Positions 44,598-58,643 of a stretch of DNA of 64,000 nucleotides are shown here, piece by piece; the first letter of the stretch is position 1, and each line of letters starts with the position of its first letter. This DNA is from the human T2T-CHM13v2.0 reference genome, Homo sapiens. The notes under the pieces are model-generated. The model saw only the letters and a program-made list of their open reading frames with translations. It had not been told where the DNA came from and made no database searches. A program made the translations under genes and the position numbers. The stretch lies in assembly GCF_009914755.1 (NCBI RefSeq), contig NC_060925.1. The stretch is one strand, 5' to 3'.

Positions 44598-45619
44598 GCA
44601 GATTAACAAATTTATATTCATAAAGTTACTACTGATATTTAACTATTTAATAATGAATTCCACTTTGCAATAGGTAAAAACATTTTAATAATGTTACATG
44701 CTAGGCATATTGCATATATTCCCTAATCTTTACAGCAGCCTTATGAGGAACTCGAACCCAGATCTGTCTGTTTCTAGAAAGAATATTTAAAGAAAATGTA
44801 TTTCCTTAAATACTGACACCAATGCCTTTTCTCTCATATCTCTGTTCAATAAAGATCCCAAGTCAAAAAGTAAAAATAAAAATAAAAATAAAATGGAAGA
44901 CTCTTGTTAAAAGTTTACAGAGGGAAATGTTAGTTCATAAGTACAATTAAACTATGAATGGGTAATGGTTTTACATTTAGAAATGGCTTTCACCAAGCTG
45001 TACCCTGAGAATGTATGTACTTTTCTATGTGTATGCTATATTTCAGACAAAAAGTTAAAAAGAAAAAAAAGACTTCTCTATCCATCTATTGGAAGAACAT
45101 ACTCCAGCGTGAAGAAAAAAAAACTGTCTGAGTCCAGGCAAAGCATATCTAACCATTTACAATGTGCACAGTGCACATCTCTAAAACAAGTCAATAACAT
45201 AGCTCTGCATTTGGCAAGCATAGGTTTTTAGAGCTCTAAAAGCTGTGTTTCAGCTTGCATCTAAAAGATAAATAACTACAGCCTGACTCTGAATTATTAA
45301 ATATCTTTCTAAATAAAATAAGAATGTTCCCCTCAATAATTCTATATTTTACCTTTCTTGGCTTAAGTCACAGTTATCATCTTCAGCAAATTTACTTGAA
45401 TACTGATAATGCAGTAAATGAACAATCCACTCCTTCCACGATAAGCCCAGTCCTGCCCTTTGAGCCCTCTGGGCTTTACATATTATTGGCTCTTCATCAC
45501 AGATAGGTCACTGTTACCCTATCACAATGCAACTGCACATGAATGATATCTGGACATTATTAGATAACCTGTGGACAAAGAAGTAAGCCACCCTGGTGAC
45601 TCAGTAATAAGTCAGACTA

Positions 45620-45910
45620 GGCCAGGCAGATAAGTGCACACCTGTAATCCCAGAATTTTGGGAGGCTGAGGTGGGCAGATTGCTTGAGCTCCAGAGTTCG
45701 AGACCAGCCTGGGCAACATGGCAAATTCTATCTCAAAAAAATACAAAAGTTAGCCGCGTATTGTGGCATGTACCTGTAGTCTCAACTACTAAGGGGACTG
45801 ATGCAGAAGGATTGCTTGAGCCCAAGAGGTCAAAGCTGCATGCCACTGCACTCTACCCTGGGCAACAGAGTGAGACCCTGTCTCAAAAATATATTTAAAA
45901 AAAGGAAAAA
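45620..45910 (+). mobile_element. Alu (AluJ-like)
   Basis: Dimeric Alu flanked by AAGTCAGAC on both sides. Confidence 0.9.
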
Positions 45911-46524
45911 CAAGAAGTCAGACAAATGGAGTATTAGATCCAGATATCTCAGCTTACTAAAAGCTGTTTTCAAAAACATAGATGATCCTTAGGCTGGAAT
46001 GTCCAAGATTCTCTTGATCTGGCAGTACCAGTATGGCCACCAAACTGAGCAACAGTCCCTCAAGAAATCAGAGACAGTCAAGAAACCATACTCACTAAAC
46101 ACCAGTATCCCAGTCTGATAACTCTGGTAACATCTGCTTAAAAGGTATCCTTTGAACTTTTTGCAGTATTCTGTAACTTCCATAACATTTAAAGAAGCCT
46201 AGATCTCTGTGAGACTACTTGATCCTAACATCTTTATGGCAGCTTGATTTCTGTGCACTAAAATCAAAAAGTCCAAGAAGTAAAAAAATAGTAGTAATAA
46301 TAATCACAAGATGACATCCTCTATCATACACACCAAGCACTTCATTCTCACATTTACTAACATGTAACCAAACTGCTAAATACCTATATTGTTTCACTTC
46401 AACTAAAAATTGACCCCCCAAAAAGTGAAAAGAGCTGCAGCCAAAATAAATAACGCTTGCCAAAAGGCCACAAATATGACCAAATAAATTAAACCATTAA
46501 ATACTTTATACAAATAATTTTAAC

Positions 46525-46605
46525 CTGAGTGTGGCATTTCCTTGAACTTATCAGACATTCAGTAATCACTGAAGTCGTAGAAAATTCCAGCCTTGGAGCA
46601 TTTCC
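46525..46605 (-). CDS. SPATA6: SPATA6 coding exon (probably exon 6), 81 nt, phase 0/0
   Basis: ttttttcttctcag|GGAAATGCT...ACTCAG|gttaaa; GNAPRLEFSTTSVITECLISSRKCHTQ. Confidence 0.94.
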
Positions 46606-47086
46606 CTGAGAAGAAAAAAGAGGGTATTATTACACATTTCCATTTAAATAGAGATAATTATTAATGATAAGAATATGACCTAAAGTAACAAACACCTGTC
46701 AAAGTTCAGCTGTTTCACTGTTAGTTTGAACTTTTCATTAAAGATAAAGACAACATAGTATGGCTAAATGTTAGCAAGTAACAATGTCTCTGCTGATGAT
46801 TCCATCATGAGTGATTATATTACTTTTATAAAATAATTAGTCTATTTTTTCATTTTTAAGTATTTCCCTGTCAAATTGTTTTAAATTTTTAAATTATGAT
46901 ATATTATAGCCATAAATATATAAACATACTTAATAAATTTCAGCTTTTTACTTTTACAACTTACGACATATTTAACCATATAGTCAAGAAACAAATGTTA
47001 GTTTGATTTAGCCATTCCACAACGTATACATATATCAAACATCATGTTGTATATCATAAATATATACAATTAGTATTACTCAATTA

Positions 47087-47365
47087 ATTTTTTTTCTTAG
47101 AGACAAGGTCTCTGGAGTATAGTGGTGCCATCACAGCTCACTGCAGACTCTAACTCTTGGACTTAAGTGATCCTTTCCCCTCAGCCTTCCAAGTAGCTAG
47201 GACTACAGGATACACCACCACATTCAGCTAATTTTTTCATTATTTTGTAGATACAGGATCTCACTATGTCATGCAGGCTGGTGTCAAACTCCTGGCCTCA
47301 AGCAATCCTCCTGCCTCAGCCTCCCAAAGCACTGGAATTACAGGCATGAGCCACTGGGTCTGGCC
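47087..47365 (-). mobile_element. Alu (AluJ-like)
   Basis: Reverse-complement Alu (ctcaagcaatcctcctgcctcagcctcccaaag). Confidence 0.9.
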
Positions 47366-47716
47366 TGTCCATTAAAATTTAAAAAAAACAAAACAAAAAA
47401 CCCAGTTCCTCGGCATGTAGTTCTTGAAAACAGAAAAGATAAGTCTCTACTAATTCTGCCAACATTTTTTCCTATAATGTATCTTACATTCATATCTAGA
47501 AATGAATGTGGCTTATATTTCTAACATTTCAATCACCACCTTGAACACTGTTTGAAATAATAGAGATAAATGGTAAAATTCAAAAGGACAGTCACAAAGT
47601 ATCTGTGAAAATATTTGGAAGCACACAATTACGCATTCACCAAAACATTAAAGAATACAGTCTATGCCCAGGGCAGTTTCATTCTAATACAGTAAAAATC
47701 AGACATTGACCAAAGT

Positions 47717-47750
47717 ATTAGGTTGGTGCACAAGCAATTGTGATTCAATA
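47717..47750. mobile_element. MADE1 (Hsmar1 MITE) fragment
   Basis: tattaggttggtgcacaagcaattgtg resembles the mariner TIR; only one end present. Confidence 0.6.
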
Positions 47751-48009
47751 CCTACATTTGGCCTCAACAAATCAAGTCTGTGACCAGCTAAGTTTAAAAA
47801 CATCATACACATTAAAGAAAAGGTAAATCGGAGTTGCCTAACAATTGACTGAACTGATGTACTCTCGAAAATATAACACTGTCAATCTTACCACATTCTA
47901 TTCATTAGCATCACTACAGTCTACACTCAAGAAGAGTAGTTAGGCTACATTTTCAATGTGTGTTCTTCTGCAAACGTATCTTCATAGTGATATCTGTGAT
48001 ATCCACTAT

Positions 48010-49207
48010 ATCTACTTGTTAATTACCTAGTACTACAAAACAAATTACCTTGAAACTTAGCGGTTTAAAGCATCAGTACACATTTATTATCTCACGTAAT
48101 TTCTATGGGTCAGAAATCTGAGAGAGGTTGAGCTATGTGTTTCTGTGTTGAAATTTCTCGTGAAATTGTGGTCAAGATGTCATTTAGGCTGCAGTCAACT
48201 GAAAACTTGACTGGAGTTTGAGAATCTGCTTCTCAAGAAGGTTCATTCCCAGGGCTGTTGGCTGGAAGCCTCAGTTCCTTTCTAGCTTTTGGCAAGAACA
48301 TTCAGCAACTCATAAACCTCTCCAAAAGGCTACTGAGTGTTCTCATGATGTGGTTCTAGTTAATCAAAGGGGATGATCCAAGAGCAAAGCAAGAAGGAAG
48401 CCACAATGATGTAGTCTCAGAATCTGACACTGTCATCCCTACCACATTCTATTCATCAGACTCACTAAGTATAATCCAAACTCAATGACAGAGTAGTTAG
48501 GCTACCTTTTCAATGAAGGAGTAGCAAAAATTTTGTGCACAGGTTTAAAACCACCAGTCTGCTCTCTGACCACAAATTACTTACATTCCTCTCACATGCA
48601 AAATACATTCATGCTCTACCAAAAAAAAGAAAAGAATTAAAGTCTCATCCTTGTACAACTTCAGCTTGAAATCCAGGATGTTGGCATCTAAATAAAATCC
48701 TGGTATAGATAGGGCTGCTGAGGTGTAGTTCCTTATGTACAGCTCCTAAAATGCAGTTTCTCACAATCAGAAGACATATGACCTAAAGAGAAAAGTTATC
48801 TGCCTCACACATGCCCAAGGTGCACATGTGCAGCAGGGACAGGACAATCACTATAGACATTCCTGTTTGAGCGTGGGAGGTCAAGGCTGCAGTAAGCCAT
48901 GATCTCGCAACTGCACTCCAGCCTGGGTGACAAAGAAAGACCCTGTCTCAAAAACAAAACAAAACAAAAGAATCCCTTGTTCATCAGTAAACCTCAGATT
49001 TTCCTCTTCAGGTCTTCAATTTATTAGATCAGGCCCACTCAAATTGCCAAAGTAATCTCAAAGTTATCTCCTTTATTTAAAGTCAAGTGATTGTAAATAT
49101 TAATCACAACTATCAAATACTTTTTAGAATAACATCTAGACTTGTGTTTGATCAAATAACTTAGCACCATAATCTAGCCAAATTGAAACATAAGATTAAT
49201 CATCACA
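48010..49207 (-). mobile_element. Old MaLR/ERVL LTR-internal debris containing a truncated Alu (~48867-48970, + strand)
   Basis: acaaattaccttgaaacttagcggtttaaa...tttattatctcac and gaaacataagattaatcatcaca motifs. Confidence 0.6.
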
Positions 49208-51336
49208 CCATTTTAAATGTCAGTTCATCTATGAAGTCTACAAGATGCAATTCATTCATTCAATTTAATTAAGAGACATTTATTAAGTACCTACTCCAGG
49301 CAAGGTACTGTGTTAAGAGTTAAATTCAAAGATGAGAAAGTCAAAGATTCTGTTTTTATGGAGTTCACAATCTAGAACAGGAGATATTATCATCATCTCT
49401 ACTCCATCATCACCATCATGATATTCACAGCTATCATCATATCACTAACATTTATTGAGTGTTTACTTGCCAGACACTGCTATAACCATTTACAAGTTTA
49501 CATTAATCTACCCAAAAACCCTATGATATCGCCATGTTATGGTGCTTTGCCAAAGGTTACTCAGTTCATCCATGAAAGTGCCAGAATTTAATCCCAAATG
49601 TTGTCTGAATCCTTGCCATAGTAAAGGCTTCAGGAGCATAGCCTGGGACTTACAGATGATTATGCAGAATCACAAGAATTCCCAGAAGGAGTGCGCTGTT
49701 TTCTGCCAGGGCAACAAACTACTGATTGAAGCATTTTTCCTATTCGTATTTAAATATAATGATAGATATGGCTAGATTTAGAACTGCCAATTTGGTGTTC
49801 AGTTTATATATGTTCTATGTATTTCTATTCTTTGATTCTTTCTAGGAGTCTCACCTGCATATGCATAGGTAAGTGGTCATCCAGTGAACCCATAGGAGTC
49901 CTACCCTCTGCTGATGACCTGTGTATAGATTAGGAAATCATTCAAAATTGCAGCCAGGACTCCAGTCTCCCTTGGCTTTCACTTTTGGCTGGGCTCTCAC
50001 TGTCTCCCCTTGATATGCAGTTTCACAGTCAGCCAAGAATAGGTGGAGAGTTTATCTCAGCCCTTTATTGTTACCTTACTCCCAGGACCTTCCTGTCAAC
50101 TTTCTGGCAGGTAATCCTTGCCCCAGTTAGAGCTCTGCCTAGCAAAGCTGTGGGGTTTCTTCATCTGCTCCAACTGAATCCACCACAGTTAGCTGGCAAA
50201 GCTGTGCTATTTGTGCCACTGCCCAAAACTGATTCTGTTCCCTCTGGTAGCAAAGCTGTTGATTTTTGCACTAGCTCCAGAATAGATAAACTTTAGTTCT
50301 CACTTACCAAACAGAATATAAGAGCATCCCAGGCAAGAATGTTAATAGTCTCGCCAGTTTTTCCCAAAGCTTTAGCAGTTTTTCAAGCATGAAAACTTCT
50401 TCGTCTTACCTTGTCAGTTTCCAGTATCCTGAATTCATTGTTTGTGAAAATTTTGTCTAGTTTTATAAGAACTCTCAATCTCTTCAAACTGCCATTCGTA
50501 GAAGTCCTAATTTTTATATATTTTTGTTTTAATAATCCATCATCTTCCAAATAAATGCAAAAGTAACTCAAATTAAATGATGAAAAGTAAATCCCTCTTA
50601 ATGTTCCATACTCTTGAGTTTATATTACCACATTGGTATAATACAGAATTTTAAATTACATTAAAGAGACCATAATTTTAAAATGTGATTATTTGTTCAT
50701 TGTATGTTTCCACACAGATCTTGAAATACTCTTTGAAGACTTTCATAGTACAGAAGCATGCTAATGGACACTGAAATATCCCCAAAGAAAGTATAGTTTT
50801 ATAGACTTGCTACTTAGTCAACTTTTATACTTTCATAAAGATGAAGCTGCTTTTTCTTGGAATAGGGCATATCATAAATCTATAGGAGAAATTACTTAGT
50901 TAACTATATTTGTTCATATATCAACACTCTCCTTATTCGGACTACTCTAATATTTTATACAATTAGTTTTAAAGGTCTATCCAAATAATTTCAAGCTGGA
51001 CAATTTTTGCTTTTCCTCTTTTGAAATGGCATGGGCTTCTCTCAGTTTCTCTGCATGGAAGACTTACTTTCAGCAATAAAATATTTTCAAATCATCCACA
51101 GAACTTGAAGGAAGTTATAGTAAAGGATAGAGAGTAAGCTGTCACTTGATGCAGCTTTTAATTTTAGGTGTATGAATATATATTTCCATTATATACATAT
51201 TTTACAACTAATCTATCTAAACTCCTACTAACAGACATATCAATTATTTCAATTTTTCACTATTATGAACCAACAGGTAAACATTCTTAAGAAGGCTCTT
51301 AGTGTACCAGAGAGAATACATCTTTAAGATAGATAT

Positions 51337-53631
51337 TGTATTAGTTCATTTTTAATGGTACTGATAAAGACATACCTGAGAATGGGCAATTTACAAAAGA
51401 AAGAGGTTTACTGGACTTACACTTCCACATGGTGGAATGCAGGGAGGAGCAAGTCACATCTTACATGGATGGTGGCAGACAAAGAGAGAGCTTGTGCAAA
51501 GAAATTCCCATTTTTTAAACCATCAGATCTCATGAGACCCATTCACTATCATGAGAACAGCGTGAGAAAGACCCATCCCCATGATTCAATCATCTCCCAC
51601 CAGGTCCCTCCCATAGCACATGAGAATTATGGGAGCTGCAAGATGAGATCTGGGTAGGGACCCAGAACCACACCACATCATTCAGTCCCTGGACCCTCCC
51701 AAATCTCTTATCTTCACATTTCAAAACCAATCATGCCTTCCCAACAGTCCCCCAAAGTCTTAACTCATTTCAGCATTAACTCAAAAGTCCACAGTCCAAA
51801 GTTTCATCAAGACAAGGCAAGTGCCTTCCACTTTTGAGCCTGTAAAATCAAAAACAAGTTAGTACTTCCTAGATACAACGGGGGTATAGGCATTGAGTAA
51901 ATACAACAACTCCAAATGGGAGAAATTGACCAAAACAAAGGGGCTACAGGCCCCATGCAAGTCCAAAATCCAGCAGGGCAATCAAATCTTAAAGCTCCAA
52001 AATGATCTCCTTTGACTCCATATCTCACATCCAGGTCACACTGATACAAGAGGTACGTTCCCATGGTCTTGGGCAGCTCCGCCCCTGTGGCTTTGCAGGG
52101 TATAGCCTCCCTAATGGCTGCCTTCACTGGTTGGCACTGAGTGTCTGCAGTTTTTTCCAGGCACATGGTGCAAGCTGTCAGTAGATCTACCATTCTGGGA
52201 TCTGGAGAATGGTGGCCCTCTTCTCACAGCTCCACTAGGCAGTGCCCCAGTAGGGACTCTGTGTGGAGGCTCTGACCCCACATTTCCCTTCTAGGCTGCC
52301 CTAGCAGAGGTTCTCCATGAGCACCTCGCCCCTGCAGCAAACTTCTGCCTGGGCATCCAGGCGTTTCCACACATCTTCTGAAATCTAGGCAGAAGTTCCC
52401 AAACCTCAATTCTTGATTTCTGTGCACTTGCAGGCTCAACACCACATGGAAGCTGCCAAGGCTTGAGGCCTGCACCCTCTGAAGCCACGACCCAAGCTCT
52501 ATGTTAGCCCCTTTCAGCCATGGCTGGAGTGGCTGAGACACAGCACCAAGTCCCTAGGCTGCACACAGCACAGGGACCCTGGGCCTAGCCCACAAAACCA
52601 CCTTTTCCTCTTAGGCCTCAAGGCCTGTGATGGGAAGGGCTGCTACAAAGGTCTCTGACATGCCCTGGAGACATCTGCCCCACTGTCTTGGTGATTAACA
52701 TTCAGCTCCTTGTTACTTATGCAAATTTCTACAGCTGGCTTGAATTTCTACTCAGAAAATTGAATTTTCTTTTCTATCCCATTGTCAGGCTGCAAATTTT
52801 CCAAACTTTTATGTTCCATTTCCCTTTTGAAATTGAATGCCTTTAACAGCACCCAAGTCACCTCTTGAATGCTTTGCTGCTTAGAAATTTCTTCCACCAG
52901 ATACCCTAAATCATCTCTCTCAAGTTCAAAGTTCCACAGATCTCTAGCACAGGGGCAAAATGCTGCCACTCTCTTTGCTAAAGCATAGCAAGAGTCACCC
53001 TTATTCCAGTTCCCAACAAATTTCTCATCTTCATCTGAAACAACCTCCGTCTGGACTTCATTGTCTATATCACTAACAGCATTATAGTCAAAGCCATTCA
53101 ACAAGTCTCTAGGAAGTTCCAAACTTTCCCACATCTTCCTGCTTTCTGAGCCCTCCAAACTGTTCCTCCATCTGCCCATTACCCAGTTCCAAATTCACTT
53201 CCACATTCTCGGGTATCTTATAGCAATGCCACACTACCTCGGTACCAATGTACTGTATTAATCCATTGTCATATTGCTAGCAAGAAATATCTGAGACTGG
53301 GTAATTTATCAGGAAAGAGGTTTAACTGACTCACAGTTTTACATGGCTGGGAAGGCCTCAGGAAACTTACAATCACAGTGGAAGGGGAAGAGGCAAATCA
53401 TCTTACATGGCAGCAGGCGAGAGAGAAAATGTGTGTGCAGCAGGAAATGTCAAACACTTATAAAACCATCAGATTTCGTGAGAACTCACTTGCTATCATG
53501 AGAACAGCACGGGGGAAACCACCCTCATGATCCAATCACCTCCCACCAGGTCCCACCCCTGACACACAAGGATTACAGGGATTACAATTCAAGATGAGAT
53601 TTGGGTGGGGACACAGAGCCTAACCATATCA
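51337..53631 (-). mobile_element. THE1 MaLR provirus with discordant LTRs
   Basis: Left LTR 51337-51680 is THE1B/C-like, right LTR 53254-53631 is THE1D-like, and the internal region is homologous to 14807-16354. Flanks GATAT / CATGG do not form a TSD. Confidence 0.9.
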
Positions 53632-54186
53632 CATGGTATAGCAGCATATGAAAGATTCTAAGTTTTTCACTTTTATCAGATTTATTAAATTTTCCCAATC
53701 TTATAGCTATATAAATGAAATCATATGGTTGTTTTAACTTGGATTTCTCTGAATACTAATGAGTTAGAGTATTTTTTCAAATGTTTATTATCATCCCTTA
53801 GAGAGAAAAATAAAGAGAAGAAAGAGACAGAGAGACAGAGATGGGATGGGGAGAGAAGGGGATGACAGAGATTTGAAGAATGTCAATTACAATTTAAAAA
53901 ATTTTTAATGGCACTTTTTATTAAATTATTTTCATTTAGATTTCAATATGTTTAAGTAACCAATTTACTGTATTAGTCTGTTTTTACATTGCTGTAAATA
54001 AATATCTTTATATGTTTAAGTAACATATTGAAATCTAAAACAATTAAGATTTAAACTACAAAACAATTAAGTAAACTAAATTACACTTTGAATTTGTTCT
54101 TCACATTTAAGATGGCGAGCACTATGCGGTGGTTTCTGACAATGATTTTCCATCAAAAACTGATTCAGAAAATTGCAAGCACTTAC

Positions 54187-54311
54187 TCGAAGGCCAGAAA
54201 TCCTCCTCATGGTAACCTGGCGGTTTGAATCATGGTGTCCAGACATTTGGTTTGGACCCGGAAACATGAAATCTCGTGTATTTTCGTCATACGTAGACAG
54301 TGTTTCACCCA
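54187..54311 (-). CDS. SPATA6: SPATA6 coding exon (probably exon 5), 125 nt
   Basis: ttgtag|TGGGTGAAACA...CTTCGA|gtaagt; (V)GETLSTYDENTRDFMFPGPNQMSGHHDSNRQVTMRRISGLR; lies within ORF 54076-54312(-). Confidence 0.95.
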
Positions 54312-54562
54312 CTACAAGAAAGATACCCTATGATTCAAATTATAATAAAATATTCTATTTAGAAACAAAATCATCAAGTATGATATATCTACTGCCTGAT
54401 GCCTTATTGAAATACCTGTTTTGGGTCATGTTTATTTTCTATGAAAGGAAAATTAAAATAAAGATATGTTAAAAATATTAACACATTTTCCTTTTTCAGC
54501 AACATACTACAAAAATATGAAGTTGGTCCAACATTTATATGTCAGTTACCATCTCCACATTG

Positions 54563-54882
<320 letters not shown>

Positions 54883-55312
54883 AGCACTCTATTTTTCACA
54901 TAAAATAAAAATTTGATTAATATAGATGTCATCTATAATCACAGAAATCAATATCAGAAATGAAACTAGCCTCTATATTTTAACTCTGCCTTCTCCAGGG
55001 AACTGTAACATTTACTACATAAGTAAGGTTTTATTCTCTTCCCTTCCCTAATAATATGCAACACACAAAAACAATGATAATTAACTACTTTATCAATAAA
55101 AATATATAGTTTTAGAAAAATCACAAAAACTTAAAAGTCAATTTTTATGACTGTCACAAAATATTTTAGAATGATAAGTTAGTTTCCATTTTCAATTATT
55201 ACTATTCAATTTTAGAACAATGTATTAAAGTGACATTTATGACAATCTTTCTGTATATATTATTTTGGTCTACTGACATTTTACACATAGTAGATCAACA
55301 ATAGAAATCTGA

Positions 55313-55657
<345 letters not shown>

Positions 55658-55832
55658 TGAAGTAAAAAAAAATGTCACTCACATGAGTTCCCAAGTCAAT
55701 TTACTTTATCAGTATATAATACACTATATTATATCCTTATCAAATAATATAGTATAATCAATATATAATATATTATATATTACATCAATTTATGATATCT
55801 TATATTGTATATATTACATCAATATATATTAC

Positions 55833-55874
55833 CTGGTGGAACTAGCTGTATCAACTCGAACACTGCTGTATCAT
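55833..55874 (-). CDS. SPATA6: SPATA6 coding exon (probably exon 4), 42 nt, phase 1/1
   Basis: Minus strand reads ttttag|ATGATACAGCAGTG...CCACCAG|gtaata and translates as (Y)DTAVFELIQLVPP(V). It joins in frame to the next exon and matches the SPATA6 N-terminal region as I recall it. Confidence 0.93.
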
Positions 55875-56001
55875 CTAAAAGTTTAAAGAAAAATTTCCTT
55901 AAATAAACAAATTAATAACAAAAAAATTACTTAATTTACCATGGGAGTGTCTAAAAGCCAAAGTAATCACTAGGTAGACTACATATATGTTTATATATTA
56001 G

Positions 56002-56324
<323 letters not shown>

Positions 56325-56390
56325 TAATGTATACTTTTATAAATATAAGTTATGTCTATTTCTTAAGCAGAGTGGTGAGTACAGTGAGAT

Positions 56391-56840
56391 ACATTGACTC
56401 TTGAACAACTTGAGCGTTAGGGGCACCAACACCTGTGCCATCAAAAATCCATGTATAATTTTTGACTTCCCAGAATCTTAACTTGATAGCCTATTGTTGA
56501 CCAGAAGCATTACTAGGAACATAGTTGATTAGCATATATTTTATGCTATATGTATTATATACTGTATTCTTACAATAAAGTAAGCTAGAGAAAAGAAAAT
56601 GTTATTAAGAAAATCCTAAGGATGAGAAAACACATTTATGGTACTGTATTTATTTATACCATAAGTTTATATTGTCTGCTTACAAGATAAATTGTCTGTT
56701 TGAAACGGAATGCAACCACAGCTGTAGACCTCTATGTATGGTACATATCAAGCAATTCAACTTTTTCTTGTAATGTCATGAGTTTTCTCTGCTTCTTGAG
56801 AGCACTTCCAGCATGACTAGTGAAACTTTGTGTGGGTCGC
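56391..56840. mobile_element. Tigger2/MER8-like DNA transposon fragment
   Basis: ttgactcttgaacaac..ttaggggcacc..aaaaatccatgtataatttttgact motifs. Confidence 0.7.
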
Positions 56841-57731
56841 CTGAACTGATGAATTGCTGGAAGCTCAGTGCGGACAAGTGTGAGAGATTAAAACTCCAGA
56901 GAAATCCAATCATTGGGCTCTCAAGTTTTTGTTAAGTTTTACTTCCAGGAGTTCTACTAGGTTCTCACTATAAATACTGGAGAAAAATCCCCTCATATTT
57001 CCACCAGCAGGGAGAAGAGAAAAGAAACCATTTTGAAGTACGTCAGAGCATTCCATTCTTAACAAAACCTGACCTCAGGAGAAATTCTTTTTTCTACAGC
57101 CTCATCTACTGGGCTCATATCAGAGCCTAACCTATCTGAGAGAAAGAAAATACTTAACTCCAGCCAGCTCTGAACTTGACTTGTAGGAAGAAAATAACCC
57201 AACTCCAGCTCCCTCTAGCCTTCTATGTGAGAGAAGGGAAATACCCAACTACAGCCATATCTAGCATTCCACACAGGGGAAGGGAAAAACTCACTGCACC
57301 TCCCTCCAGCCATCCTGTCCAAACTAAGAGGGGAAAATCAGAAGCACCGGTGAAGGTCACAATTTAGGGGCATAGGCTCACCAAAAGACTGCAACCTGAT
57401 CATAGGACTGTAGAACACCTCCCTCTCCTCACACCTTACATTACTAAAAGCTCTTTACCACAGTTCTATTCACTCAGTATAGCTTTCAGCAAATAAGTAC
57501 ATACTAAGTACAAATACTTACATAAGGCATACTACACAGCAAAAAAACAGTTTGAAGAGACTGAACAAGCATCAGACCCAGAGTCAGATATGGCAGGAAT
57601 ATTGGAATTACTAAATCATGAATTTTGAAAAACTATAACATGCCATGGGATCTAATGGAAAAAGGAAACAACATGTAAGAACAGCTGGATAATATAAGCA
57701 GAAAGAGACAGAAATTCTAAAAAAAAAAAAC

Positions 57732-58204
57732 TGTCAACCTAAATAACAAACAGCAAGAGGTTCTTTAAAGAAAATAATATTTATTCAGGAATAGGGCACT
57801 GAAATGGGAATAAAGGTGCCATAGTAAACTATATGTGCGTTCAGGGAAGCAAAGGAAGACAAATGGTTTTAAAGGGAATGTGAGGAAAATTACATAATTG
57901 TTTTGAAATGATTAGTCTTGGCTACAAGTATCAATAACAAGGGTGATGACAGTCCAAGGTTGGACAGGACGTTGCTGGGCAGATGTGCTCACGCAAGTAG
58001 TTTTTGGGTTAGGTTGCGATGGCCTTTGTGCAAGGCTTAGATTTTTGTAGAGTCTTTTATGATAGTTTTGTTATCAGGCATATAAGTGTGAGAATCCTCC
58101 CTTCATAGCCTTTCCCCATATTTGTCAGGGGTTTTTTGGTGTTTTTGGTTTTTGTTTTTGTTTTTAACACAGACAACTTGATTTTGATTCTGACAATTTT
58201 CACA
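57732..58204 (-). mobile_element. MER31/MER67-type ERV1 solo LTR
   Basis: The reverse complement begins tgtgaaaattgtcagaatcaaaat and ends ttatttaggttgaca. Confidence 0.7.
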
Positions 58205-58643
58205 AATAAAAAAGAAATAGTATAGATTGAAAACACTGTAATGGAAATGAAGAATGCCTTTGATGAACTCACTATTAGATGGGACATGGCTGAAGAAAGA
58301 ATCTTAAAGCTTAAAGATATGACAACAAAAATTTCCAAAACTGAAAAGCAAACAGAAAAAAAGACTGAAAAAAAAAACCACAACAGAATATTCAAGAACT
58401 CTGAGATGACAACAAAAGGTATAAATACACGTGATGAGAATACCAGAAAGAGAAGAAACAGAAAAAAAAAAACACAAAAGTGCCTGAAGCAATAATGAAA
58501 ACAAATTTCCTTAAATTAATATCAGATGCCAAACCAAAATACAGGAAGGTCAGAGAAGAGCAAGGAGAATAAATGCCCCCCAAAATATCCCTAGGCATGT
58601 CATATTCAAACTTCTGAAAATCAAAGACAAAAGAAAACTCTTG

